Part shown: one piece after another, positions 10,909 to 21,230 of the stretch
Layout of the letters: each line of letters opens with the position of its first letter
Numbering within the stretch: the first letter of the stretch is position 1
Source: Andalucia godoyi And28
Taxonomy: Eukaryota; Protista; Jakobida
NCBI GenBank assembly: GCA_009859145.1
Contig: VRVR01000012.1
Span: forward strand, 1 to 64,000
Direction: 5' to 3'
Length of the DNA stretch: 64,000 bases
Notes under the pieces: generated by a model
The model's database searches: none
What the model saw: only the letters and a program-made list of their open reading frames with translations
What the model was told of the DNA's origin: nothing
Program-made: the position numbers and the translations under genes

Positions 10909-11886
10909 TCACAATACTGCAGTCGCTGGAACATTGTCACGGGATTCTTCTGGAGCTTGCTGCAGCTTCAAGATCGAAACAGAACGTAATCTCATCTTGA
11001 ACCCCATAATTCGATCATCCAGATGGACGGCAGAAAACGAGTTTGTGGTCGGGAGCTTGCGAAACGCAATGATGCCCGAGTACGTGCTGAGCTCAAACGC
11101 AGAAACGTCCATATCTGCTCCGAGGAAGGACTGAAACTCCATTACATAATCCGCATAAGTCGACAGCATGGACGCGACAGCATCCATGGCATCCAGATGT
11201 ACCCAAACGACGCAATTCCGCAGTCTCGCATATGCGCGCAGCTTGCGTGACATTTGCATGACTTCCCGCTCCGACAAACCTGGTTCAAAAGAGTCGATGA
11301 GTACAACTTGAGTGGCGTCCGCGGGAATGTTATCAACGACCAGCTCCCGATCAACAGACACGAATGAAGAGTGGATTTCGTCTGCTGAGATGTGCTTGGA
11401 CGTATCTACAGGCCCGCCTGTTTCGGAAGATGCTGCCATCCCAAGATTGAGCGATTTTGGCGTGTACTTTGCATACTGCCAGGCGATTTTCAAATCCAAA
11501 CTCGACGAAGCCGGTGATGTACCAGAGTCAACGACTGGTTTATCAACGCTTGTGAAGGTCCTTGGATGGCTGCTTCCCGATCGTGCGTACACGCGTCCGC
11601 AGAGATCTGCATATGGATCGGTGCAACATGATATAAAATGCAGCCTTCTTTTTTCAAGAACGGCTTCTGTGAGGAACAAATTGGTAAATACTTGCGAATA
11701 TCTGGAGAATGCATCTCCCACAAGAAGCACCACCGAGCCAAGAGCAACTCCTCCGCCAAACAACTTGTCCAGATCTAACGAGCCGGTAGACAGCAGGTAC
11801 TGTGCCGTGTGTGCAGACGATCGGACTCCCGGAACAGCCTGTTGAGTGGAAGCATTCGCCCCTTTCTTTACAAACGTCGACTTCAT
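10909..11886 (-). CDS. ELP4: Elongator complex subunit 4
   Basis: STGSLDLDKLFGGGVALGSVVLL and DLKIAWQY motifs of a RecA-fold without an active P-loop. Start placed at MKSTFVKK; an upstream ATG is possible. Confidence 0.85.
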   Translation of the reverse strand: MKSTFVKKGANASTQQAVPGVRSSAHTAQYLLSTGSLDLDKLFGGGVALGSVVLLVGDAFSRYSQVFTNLFLTEAVLEKRRLHFISCCTDPYADLCGRVYARSGSSHPRTFTSVDKPVVDSGTSPASSSLDLKIAWQYAKYTPKSLNLGMAASSETGGPVDTSKHISADEIHSSFVSVDRELVVDNIPADATQVVLIDSFEPGLSEREVMQMSRKLRAYARLRNCVVWVHLDAMDAVASMLSTYADYVMEFQSFLGADMDVSAFELSTYSGIIAFRKLPTTNSFSAVHLDDRIMGFKMRLRSVSILKLQQAPEESRDNVPATAVL

Positions 11887-12090
11887 TCCTGCACCGTTGA
11901 AAGTTGATTCCCGAGCCACGAATTCTCTCATTCGACGCAATGTTTTCTGGAAGTTTTCCATGCCTTTTTGCCCGCTGCTGCTTGGTTCAGAACCGAGGAT
12001 CCGGGAAGGAAATCTGCTCGACGGCTGTCGACCGCGAAAACAGACTGGACTTTCCACGAACTGCCAAAAGCAACAGCGTGCAAGAGAGAA

Positions 12091-12116
12091 GTGTGTGTGT
12101 GTGTGTGTGTGTGTGT
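12091..12116. repeat. (GT)n microsatellite in the divergent ELP4/SF1 intergenic region
   Basis: Direct reading. Confidence 0.95.
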
Positions 12117-12181
12117 TTTTGTATGCATATAGTGTAATGCGAGAGCCTCCGTTGATCATTTTGCTTGAAAAGAAGAAATAG

Positions 12182-13048
12182 ATGACGAGGTGGCGAGATT
12201 CATCAGACATATTGCCGTCTGGAGTACTGCTTACGCTTCCGTTTGGAATTCCACAGGACGCTCTCGATGCATACTGTTTGCGTGTTCGCATTGAAGAAGC
12301 CAGCAGACAGTTGACAACTGGTCGAATTGACGATTTTGTGTTTACCCGCAGCCCTTCTCCACCTCCCCAGTACGATGCCCGTGGACGTCGGGTGAACACT
12401 CGAGATGTCGTGGTCAAGGCCGCATTGTCCAATGAACGAGCCCGGCTTGTCGATCTTGCCTCACGAATGTCTCCATTGTACCGACCGCCGGCGGATTTTC
12501 GCGGCGAGCAACGCAGGCTGTCGAGGAAAATCTACATTCCTGTTCAAAAATATCCGAATTACAACTTTGTAGGAATCATCATTGGACCGAGAGGCCACAC
12601 CCAAAAGGAACTCGAGCGGGAGTCGAATTGCCGCATCGCTATTCGCGGTCGCGGGGCGTACAAGGAGGGGAAGATCAGGAAGAACGAGAGAGCAGAAGAA
12701 GAAAACGACGATTTACATGTTTTAATCACCGGAGAGAATCAAGATAGCTTGGACAAGGCTGAATCCATGATTGCAAAGTTGCTCATTCCGCTCGAAGAAA
12801 ATGACAACGTGCACAAGCGGAAGCAGCTGAAGGAACTGGCAGCATTGAATGGCACGCTGCGAGACGAGGAAACGGAGGTTTTTGAACCAGTTCCCAAGCG
12901 TAACAGAATTAAGAAAACTCCATGGGGAACAACGGTGGACTTGGACTCTCCCGGTGCGTCGGTTGTCATCGAGTCGGAAGAAATGCGAAGAGAAGCACTG
13001 CAAGAGGAAGAGGACTTTGAAGCTCTCCATTCACTGCTTCACACATGA
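12182..13048 (+). CDS. SF1: Splicing factor 1 / branchpoint-binding protein (KH-QUA2)
   Basis: RSPSPPPQYD..G.RVNTR, FVGIIIGPRGHTQK, IAIRGRG..KEGK, KRKQLKELAALNGTLRD. Confidence 0.93.
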   Translation: MTRWRDSSDILPSGVLLTLPFGIPQDALDAYCLRVRIEEASRQLTTGRIDDFVFTRSPSPPPQYDARGRRVNTRDVVVKAALSNERARLVDLASRMSPLYRPPADFRGEQRRLSRKIYIPVQKYPNYNFVGIIIGPRGHTQKELERESNCRIAIRGRGAYKEGKIRKNERAEEENDDLHVLITGENQDSLDKAESMIAKLLIPLEENDNVHKRKQLKELAALNGTLRDEETEVFEPVPKRNRIKKTPWGTTVDLDSPGASVVIESEEMRREALQEEEDFEALHSLLHT

Positions 13049-13138
13049 TCCGTGCATCGTTCAGAGTCCTCAACTTTGCCTTGGCTCTTTTGTACTCCCT
13101 CCTTTTCGGATTGGTGTTCTCTTGCACTGCGTCTCTTT

Positions 13139-13819
13139 TCAAGTACGGGGATCGAGAAGACGTTGGGACAGCACATGCAAGAACAGCGGAATTGATGCCG
13201 ACGATTCGAGGACATGCAGGATGTGGGGATCGATCGATTGCACAAACGGTGATTCCAGCATATTCACACGTCCGTCTGCAATTTGAAATAAAAGAATATC
13301 TGCTTCCGTTCTCGCAACGCATGACTGCAAGCGATAGACTCCGTCTTCCGCAAGATCTACCTTCCACCCGAACAACGAAAACACGGCATCTCGAAATTCC
13401 CGTGCCTTCTGTCGAAACATTTCTTTGATACGCACGTTCATCTTCTTAACATCTTCCAGCTCCTTTATAAGCTTGTCATGTGCCTCTTGGGTGAACTCGA
13501 CCGTCGAAAACTTTTGCTTGATTTTGGTCAGTTCGTCCTGAAGAACCTTGTTGGAAGATCTCAATCGATCCACTTCACTGGCTGACAATTCCGCTCTCGA
13601 TTTTGTCTCGGGATTTACACTGAAATGCAGAACTTTGGTTTTAGAAGGGTCATAGTCCTTCCCAGTTGCTTTCATTTCCAGTTGTTTCACCTGGAACCCG
13701 AGCATCTCGACCTCCTTCTCCAGCTGTGGATATCGCTGCACAATCTCCACGACTTGCTGCAGAGACTTATTCGGGAAGCTCTTCCTCCATACATCGGATG
13801 AAGATATATCATCATCCAT
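13139..13819 (-). CDS. MAD1: Mad1 spindle-checkpoint protein, C-terminal module only (226 aa)
   Basis: TKVLHFSVNP (Mad2-interaction motif), RIKEMF (RLK-like), EFRDAVFSLFGWKVD and YRLQS (RWD-like CTD). Confidence 0.85.
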   Translation of the reverse strand: MDDDISSSDVWRKSFPNKSLQQVVEIVQRYPQLEKEVEMLGFQVKQLEMKATGKDYDPSKTKVLHFSVNPETKSRAELSASEVDRLRSSNKVLQDELTKIKQKFSTVEFTQEAHDKLIKELEDVKKMNVRIKEMFRQKAREFRDAVFSLFGWKVDLAEDGVYRLQSCVARTEADILLFQIADGRVNMLESPFVQSIDPHILHVLESSASIPLFLHVLSQRLLDPRT

Positions 13820-14195
13820 TTCTATTCACGCGGGTTTCCTTCTTGTGATTCACGCAAACCGTATGTTTGCGTACGCAGCGTTTAACACATTTGAACCTCT
13901 TACTGATTTTTTTATTTTTATTTTTGTTTTGTCCGTGCACATTCTAATGCTTGAGGCTGGGTCGATTCAGAATCGGTACAGCAGCTGCAAAAGTGGTGAT
14001 TCCGTGCAAAGCCGCAAGTGTCATTCCAGCCCCGGCGGATTTCGTCAGCTGGAGATGGTTCTGGATACGTTTATTTGAGAAGCTCATTCTTGCATTGTTT
14101 AGTCCAGAGAGTACTCTGGGAAAAGATGACAGACGTCCCCGCGCTTAGGGGCTCAGCCAGCCCCGCCATGGCGGGAGATGACTCGCCCGGTTGAA

Positions 14196-17100
14196 TTACG
14201 ATCGATAGTCAGAATTGATGACCACATAGTCCTGCGTCAAATCTCCGCCGTGCACACGGGCGGATCCTTCACCATTGTTGAGAGCAATCGAAATGACGAT
14301 GGCATTATCATGAACTGGGTACTGGGGCTTGTGCGTATCCTTCTTGTAGATCTGGCACTTTTGCAAGTAGTTGCTGACCTTCTTTTCAATTTCCGTTGTC
14401 CACGACACGGAGTTGCCGTTATCAACAATCGTATCGTCTCCAATGCGGACGGTAACACTGCTCCAGTCTGCTTCCTCGACACCTCGACCCATTGCAGCAA
14501 GGATACGTCCGACATTGGGATCGTTGCCCGCCATTGCAGACTTCACCAACGGAGAGTTGACAACATTCTTGCCAATCTTGACAGCCAACTCACGCGACGG
14601 AGCACCGGTCACCAAGACCTCCAGGACATGTTGCACCCCTTCTCCATTCCACACAACCTGTCTTGCAAGGTGTTCGCACACTTTTTGCAACGCATCTTTG
14701 AAGGCATCACGAGGGACCGCCGGTTTCCTGCCCGATGCAATCAGGATCACTGCATCCGAGGTGGATGTGTCTGCGTCGATACTGATGCAGTTGAAGGTTT
14801 CGTCGCACACCTGGCGCAGCATGGAACTCAGGTCCTCTCGGGAAAACGGCGCGTCTGTCATGATGCATCCAAGCATTGTCCCCATGTTTGGCTCAATCAT
14901 TCCGGCGCCTTTCGCTACACCAACGACAGTGGCGCCACCAGGCAATTGCTCAGCCCATGCCTTGGGATACGTGTCTGTTGTCATCATGGCACGAGCCAGC
15001 TCCATCACTGTTGACGAGCCGCGCGTGATGTTGGGAACATGCAAAATCATGTCGTCCGCTGGCAGCCTCCAGCCAATAATCCCCGTCGACAGGGGGATGA
15101 TTTCTGACGGCAGGCAGTTTCCAAGCTCTTTGGCAAAAGCCGTACAGATCGCCTCCGCATCCCTGCCGCCCTCTTCTACACCGACATTGGAAATCTTGTT
15201 GTTGATCCACAGTGCACGAATCTTGGAGCCTTGCCGAAGGCGATCCCGTCCGATTTTCACAGGATGGCCACAGTTGGGATTGCGGGTGTACACAGCAGCC
15301 CATTCGCAAGCATCGTCCATGCGCACGCAAGAAAATTGCAGTACTTTCTTCCTACCATTGCCGAGCTCTCTTGGAAAGAACGGCACATTGGTGGTTGCCA
15401 TGTGAAACCCTGCAGGGAACGAGATGGAGTTCAAAAACTGATTATAGGCTTCGCAAGAAGACGAAGAGTACGGCATCAGCGTACGCGGAACTTCGTCCTG
15501 AAGAACTTGAAGCCGAGACAGGTTCTCGACAGAGCTCACAGGAGTCAACTGCCCGTCTTTTGTCGGAAAAGGATTGAGACCTACCAGCCGACGCACATTC
15601 GCATACGCAGAGTATGCTCCACCGGCCAGCAGGTTATCAATTGTTGACTGCACAAACAGGACCTTCCCGTCATCGGAAATGGAAAGGCCGCTGATGACAA
15701 CAACCGGTGTGTTGGCGACATCAGACGTCGTCACCGTTCGGTTCCAGAATAGCCGCACGGAAGGATGTCCAGAATATTGCGTTTCATATGCTTTCTTAAC
15801 CGAATCCACGTCCCACTTGCCGTTGGCCAGTCTTGCCTGAATGCAGCACACAATTCCTCGATCAAACTGGTCGGTGACCACCGGTACAAAGTTGACAGTC
15901 ACACCAAGCTTGGTCGACATTTCCCATTGCTGTGCGTGATGAAGCGGCTGGTAAGGTATGACAGTGTCATGCAGCTCTGGAAACTTCTTCTGATAGTCCT
16001 TTCCGGCACCAGACCAGCTTGAAATCCCACAAACATGCAAGTCAAAACCTTTCTTTTCCTTCAGCAAAACGCTGGCAGCACAAATCACGGCTGTTGAATA
16101 GCATCCAGGGTTGCTGATCCGATGATTCACAAGCGGTCTCTGATCAAGATAGGGGAACGCATACTCCCAGTTCTTCTGGTGGCGATGGTCAAAGCTGACG
16201 TCGACAATGCGAACGGAATCCGGAATCTCCGGCATAGCAGTCTTCAGAACGTTATTCGGGGAAGCAGAAACGAACACATCAACGGCATAGCCGGAAACAT
16301 CTTTCCAGGACTGGAGAACGTGGATGTCATTCGTGGCGTCATCGGAACTCGCTGCCGATCCAGGGGCTCGGAAACGAACGACGTCAAATTCCGCATCCGC
16401 TTGGAAAAGACCAAGGACTTCAGTTCCAATGAGGCCCCGGGAGCCAATGAGGCCCACAGTGTACTTTGCTTTCGCTTGTATCCATATTCCCGATACGTTT
16501 GTGTCGTGAAAAGACATTGGAAGACTTGAATGGGTGCCGAGAAAGTACCGAGTAGCCAGTGGAAGATGCCGCGACATGTTCCTGATCTGGTCAAGTTTCA
16601 ACTTGCAGCCCTCCGTCAAATCCTCGAATGGAAACGAATCCCACATGTCCAACGGAAGGGACCCCAGCTTGCGATCGCCGAGGAATTCTGTTAACGCCGA
16701 GGTATCACGTGTGTGGGCAACACCATACCCAACACCGACTGCTTTTACTCCAATGGCCAATGCAGAAATGGCCAGATCGGCGTTCGAATTCCACACATGC
16801 GAAGTTCCAGACAGAACGCACAGGAAATGAATGACAGGAATGCTCCCGGATTTCCAGGCAGCAACACAACCATCAGTGTGACAGGCAGAAGGTACCGCGA
16901 CGCAGCCATGAGCTTCGCCAAGAGCTTCTCCAGAAAACTGTGGCTCCTGTAAACCGACAAAGCGGGTGGCAGACTTGGATGCCGCAACAGAATTGCATTT
17001 CTCTACAATGCGGGACTGCTGAGAAATTGCAACCTCGCGAATGACTGGAAGCATCTCGGGAGTGGTAACCCTCTGCCCCAACGAGTAGTGGATAGGAAGA

Positions 17101-18569
17101 TTGTGTTTCTTCAGCTCTTCGTTAATTTGAGATCCGGCGCCGTGAACGATGGCCACCGAAAACCCAAGTTTCTGCCAAGCAACAGCTCTTTCTGCAAGAA
17201 CATGAAGATCAGCGTCCGACACATCGCCGCTGATCTTCCAGACAATCGGCTTGAATTCAGGTGCTGGTGCTGAAGGACAGACGGCTGCGACTGCAGGAAG
17301 CTCCAAAACATCTCGAAGAGCTCTCAAGAATTGCCACATTTCCGCTTCTGATATCACCAACGGCGGGCAAACACGCAACGTGTTCATTCCAGCGGAGATT
17401 GCCAGAACTCCGCGCTCGCGAAGCTTGACGAGAACGGAGGCTACTGGGAGTGACTCGTCGAGCTGCACCCCGATCAAGAGTCCCATTCCGCGCACGTCCA
17501 CGACTTTGGGGCACTCCTTTTGCAAGTTCCGTAGCTGATCATACAGCCACATGCCTTTGGCTTGCACGTCTGTCATCAAGGTACCTGTTGACATTTGATC
17601 GACAACCCATGACGCTGCGGAGGCAGCGAGTGCATTACCGCCAAACGTCGATCCATGCTGACCCGGTTTAATTTCGAATTTGCCCGTGCACAGGACTGCG
17701 CCGACCGGGAATCCGTTGCCCAGAGCCTTAGCAAGGGTCACAAAATCAGGCTGCCATCCAAGCTGCTGATGGCAAAGGAACGATCCCGTGCGACCGACAC
17801 CTGTCTGCACCTCGTCCACAATCCACACGAATTGCTTCTTGGCGTGGCACGCCTTCAGGAGCGCAGAAAATGGCGCGGAAACAGGGACAACACCGCCCTC
17901 GCCCTGAATGGGCTCCGTAATGACGATGCCAACATTGTTGTCTTCAAGGAACTTCTCGAATCCCTCGCAACAATTCCAGTCCCAAAACACCACGTGCGGA
18001 TTGAGGTAGTCGGCATACGCGTCGCGATACGCAGGAGTGTACGTGCAAGCCAAAGGCCCAACGGAACGACCATGGAAGCCGCCCTTCATGGCCAAGATTT
18101 TCTTGACACTCTTAACAATCACGCGGCCGCCGACATCGTCATTGTTGATGACCGCGCAGTTGCTATCCGAACCGTTGTTGCGACTGATTTCGGCACAGTC
18201 GACAGCATGCAATGACTGCAAATGCAAAATCGCAAACTTGAGCGCCGCCTCATTTGCCTCTGTTCCACTGTTGCAGAGAAACACGCGGGCACCTTCAACA
18301 GAAGGCGCCGCAAGTTCACGAAGCTTAGCAATCAACTCAAGCTCGCGATCAGAATAATAGTAGTTGCTAACGTGCGTGCACAAGGCAGCCTGCTCGGCAA
18401 CAGCTGATGACCATCCGGGATGCGAATGTCCCAGGTTCACGACACAGATGCCAGCGTACACATCGAGGTACTTACGACCATCCGTGTCGTAAACAAAGCA
18501 TCCATGCGCTTCACGAAGAACAGTGTCTTTGGGTTTGTTGTAGTTCGGAAGGCACGCTGAAATGAGCAT
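14196..18569 (-). CDS. argD-argB-argC-argJ: Four-domain ornithine biosynthesis fusion: acetylornithine aminotransferase, acetylglutamate kinase, acetylglutamyl-phosphate reductase, ornithine acetyltransferase (~1457 aa)
   Basis: One stop-free frame. ArgD: GRKYLD, SGTEANE, FHGRS, EPIQGEGG, DEVQTG, LAKALGNG. ArgB: WKISG, VHGAG, NADLA. ArgC: GLIGSRGLIG, NPGCY. ArgJ: KGAGMIEPNMGTML, DTSTSD, DYVVINSDYRS. An upstream exon is possible. Confidence 0.95.
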   Translation of the reverse strand: MLISACLPNYNKPKDTVLREAHGCFVYDTDGRKYLDVYAGICVVNLGHSHPGWSSAVAEQAALCTHVSNYYYSDRELELIAKLRELAAPSVEGARVFLCNSGTEANEAALKFAILHLQSLHAVDCAEISRNNGSDSNCAVINNDDVGGRVIVKSVKKILAMKGGFHGRSVGPLACTYTPAYRDAYADYLNPHVVFWDWNCCEGFEKFLEDNNVGIVITEPIQGEGGVVPVSAPFSALLKACHAKKQFVWIVDEVQTGVGRTGSFLCHQQLGWQPDFVTLAKALGNGFPVGAVLCTGKFEIKPGQHGSTFGGNALAASAASWVVDQMSTGTLMTDVQAKGMWLYDQLRNLQKECPKVVDVRGMGLLIGVQLDESLPVASVLVKLRERGVLAISAGMNTLRVCPPLVISEAEMWQFLRALRDVLELPAVAAVCPSAPAPEFKPIVWKISGDVSDADLHVLAERAVAWQKLGFSVAIVHGAGSQINEELKKHNLPIHYSLGQRVTTPEMLPVIREVAISQQSRIVEKCNSVAASKSATRFVGLQEPQFSGEALGEAHGCVAVPSACHTDGCVAAWKSGSIPVIHFLCVLSGTSHVWNSNADLAISALAIGVKAVGVGYGVAHTRDTSALTEFLGDRKLGSLPLDMWDSFPFEDLTEGCKLKLDQIRNMSRHLPLATRYFLGTHSSLPMSFHDTNVSGIWIQAKAKYTVGLIGSRGLIGTEVLGLFQADAEFDVVRFRAPGSAASSDDATNDIHVLQSWKDVSGYAVDVFVSASPNNVLKTAMPEIPDSVRIVDVSFDHRHQKNWEYAFPYLDQRPLVNHRISNPGCYSTAVICAASVLLKEKKGFDLHVCGISSWSGAGKDYQKKFPELHDTVIPYQPLHHAQQWEMSTKLGVTVNFVPVVTDQFDRGIVCCIQARLANGKWDVDSVKKAYETQYSGHPSVRLFWNRTVTTSDVANTPVVVISGLSISDDGKVLFVQSTIDNLLAGGAYSAYANVRRLVGLNPFPTKDGQLTPVSSVENLSRLQVLQDEVPRTLMPYSSSSCEAYNQFLNSISFPAGFHMATTNVPFFPRELGNGRKKVLQFSCVRMDDACEWAAVYTRNPNCGHPVKIGRDRLRQGSKIRALWINNKISNVGVEEGGRDAEAICTAFAKELGNCLPSEIIPLSTGIIGWRLPADDMILHVPNITRGSSTVMELARAMMTTDTYPKAWAEQLPGGATVVGVAKGAGMIEPNMGTMLGCIMTDAPFSREDLSSMLRQVCDETFNCISIDADTSTSDAVILIASGRKPAVPRDAFKDALQKVCEHLARQVVWNGEGVQHVLEVLVTGAPSRELAVKIGKNVVNSPLVKSAMAGNDPNVGRILAAMGRGVEEADWSSVTVRIGDDTIVDNGNSVSWTTEIEKKVSNYLQKCQIYKKDTHKPQYPVHDNAIVISIALNNGEGSARVHGGDLTQDYVVINSDYRS

Positions 18570-18993
18570 GCCACAGTCAACGGTAGTAAGGATAGGTGGG
18601 AGAGACCTTCTCGGGAAACGGTTATGGGGGGAAAAAACACAATCAGAGAAAGAAGACAAGACCAACGGGAGGAAGATCGAGACTATGTTAGAAGGAAGGG
18701 AAAAGGAAAGAGAAGGGAAGAGAAGGGAAGAGAGGGAGAGAGGGAGAGAGGGAGAAAGAGGAGGAGAAAGAATGAAAGAAAAAGAAGACCACTCTGAAAG
18801 AGAAAAGAATTGCTGTCCGAGAAAAAAATGTGCTTGGCGAGTGCGAAATCGAGCCAATTGGGGTAAAACTCCCACAGTGATTTGGCGCTTGGAGATGTCG
18901 TGCCGGGATTCGCGCCTGAATTCATCCGCATTGTTTCCCGCGCAACCGGATCTTGCAAAGATTACGCCAGATGACTTGAGAGGTGCAGGTACG

Positions 18994-19110
18994 CCTACAT
19001 TCTACACTGAACATGCATATCTACGAATAGACATGCATGTTCAGTCTTGCATCCCGTTGCCGGGAACAGGATAGGCCTCAACACGCCTCACGGCGCTCTT
19101 CAGATAAATG
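18994..19110 (-). ncRNA. Putative omegaRNA scaffold of Fanzor2-like element copy 1
   Basis: TCCCG-GCAA-CGGGA hairpin, then a 17-bp stem CTGAACATGCATGTCTA-TTCG-TAGATATGCATGTTCAG (19007-19044), abutting the element end. The 5' limit is approximate. Confidence 0.7.
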
Positions 19111-19411
19111 CTCCGCGCTCCGTTCCCAATCTCGATCAATGGGTGAGCCACTTTCTCAGCGTGACACGTTGTTCCTGAGAAGGGTGCATTTTGATGCTGA
19201 CGGCCCTAGCAGCAGGCGTAGTGACACGTGGTCTCTTAGGAGGTCTGCGGGACCTAGGAGGCCCTGTATCGAGCGGCGTAGGTGAATGCGAATGCGTCAT
19301 CCCAGCGCACTCACTCCCATATTTGAATAAAAATGTGAAACCAAAAAAACGACCGTGTCTCTTTATGTATACTTCCGTATGCATGACAATGACGTGTTAT
19401 TATTCAACGGC
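18994..19411 (-). mobile_element. Non-autonomous, internally deleted IS607-TnpB/Fanzor2-like element, copy 1
   Basis: Minus strand reads MTH...GPPRSRRPPKRPRV...RAVSIKMHPSQEQRVTLRKW (HTH_OrfB-like), joined directly to IDRDW(+1)NGARSIYLK (RuvC-III), then the hairpin scaffold ending GTGTAGAATGTAGG. Homologous to 60741-61295 with sharp boundaries. Confidence 0.88.
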
Positions 19412-19572
19412 ATTCGTCCCATTTATTCTGCCTGATATTTTTTACGGCGTGTGTGTGGGTGTAAGTGTGGGTGGAGCGGGCAAGCAGCAAACGGGAATCG
19501 ACTGGTGAAGAAGGAAATGATCACATATGGTGCGTCATTTTTTGACAGATCCAACACGTAATGCATTTTCAT

Positions 19573-21230
19573 TTACTTCTTTTCCTTCTCTTCAGATACT
19601 TGGCCGGGTAGCTGGCCGACTTTGACCTTCAGCATAAGATTATCCGGCGTGAGGAATGCATTCGTGATCTTTGCTCCCAACTTTTCAGCCTTCTGCACCT
19701 CTGCCATGGCTCCATAAACCTCGGGAGATCGGGCGCCTGCAAAATCCTTGATGATTTGGAACATGAGTTTCTGCTCAGTCACGTTCGCCTCTGCGCGTGC
19801 AAGTGCTTCGCGAACGAGATTCTGCTGACGAATCTCGACGAGCTTGCGCGTTTCGCTTTCCACTCTGATCTCGCGCTGCACACGCTCCAGAGCAAGCTCG
19901 GATTCTGCCTTCTCTTTCAACATTGCGTTTGTGCGATCCGTGGTTTCCTTGACGTAGTTGTCCAATACTCCTTGTATATCAGGATTCGAACATTTGATGG
20001 AAGTCAGCTGCAACGCAGTGATGTCAATTCCCTTCTCTTTGAAGAATGCTGAAGATTCCCCAACCACTTCAGACAGGATCTGCGGAGCCACATTGAAAAC
20101 CCGGCGGTGTTCCTCTACAGCAACTTTCTTGGATATTTGATTCTTAATCCAGTCCGCCATCGTTGTCAAGAACACATCGCCAATCAGGCAGAATTTAGGA
20201 ATATCGACAATGTCATAGGCAGCAGAGAACGACAGTTCAATAAGGACATTATCCTGGGAGCGAAATACGGACGACATGGCATACCGGCTGTTGCGAATGT
20301 TGAGAATGCTCACAATTCCAGCCGGAGACTGGAACTCCAGCAGCTTGTCAAACGGACCCAAGAAAAAGGACCGGGCCGAAGAATCGTCATATCTCTTGAC
20401 AAACCGCTCGCCTGTAACCGTGTTGAGCACGACGCACAGTTCATTCGTTTCCAGTGTCGTGATCGGAACGACCTTGACGACAATTCATCCAGATTCGGCA
20501 CAAACCGCTGCGGCTCCGAGAGCATACGGATGTCGCCGGTGGTAACGTTTCGGACATGCAAAGACTGGACCTTGTTGACTTCATATGCCTGCAGAATGCA
20601 GATCGTCGGACTGGAGGACGGCAAGCCGTTCAAACCAAGCGATATGAAATCCTCTTGAGGCAAAGGAATGAACGAACATGGCCCGACAATTTTTCGGTAC
20701 GTTTGCGATTCGCGATTGAACATCCAGCAGTACTGGTTGGCTTGCACCAGCGGAGAGGGCCTCACATCCATGTCGACGATCTGGTACGGTTTCGGGACAA
20801 ACAGAACGGGCCCGACAATGTGTTCAATGCTGCCATCTTGGTTCTGAATTCGAATGTAGTGATGCAGCGGAACGGAAACTTTCGATCGAACCGGAGAAAT
20901 GCGGTCATACGGGGACTTGAGCTGCACCTTTGCTGGCCCAGGGATGATTGTGATGTCATTCGACGCCCAGTCACGGACTTCGACAAACTGCGACGAGTCC
21001 AACACAATTTTTTTGAAGACCTTCACCTTGAAGACTGGAGGGCAGCAAGGGATGCAGAACCATGTCGGCCCGTCTTTCAGCGTCCTTCCTGTGAAATTCT
21101 CGATAATGGCCTGTGAATCCTCATTCGAGTTGTAGCACGAAAGACACAGTGGTATGCAGCAGCACATGGAAGCGTCTGTTCCAGTCTCAAATACATCTCG
21201 AAACGAAGACGACTGTGCAACCCTTGACAT
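19573..21230 (-). CDS. Major-vault-protein-like repeats plus SPFH/band-7 shoulder and coiled coil; one frameshift near 20484
   Basis: Two overlapping ORFs join as ...FVPNLDE / IVVKVVPITTLETNELCVVLNTVTGE if one A is added at GAT GAA TT. Repeated 'H/K.vGP..FvP' units; SPFH-like FRSQDNVLIELSF and KEKGIDITALQLTSIKC. Confidence 0.7.

Noticed and set aside
18570-18875. N-terminal extension of the arg ORF in the track
   Set aside because: Translates a CT-rich low-complexity tract from a non-ATG start; more likely UTR or intron.
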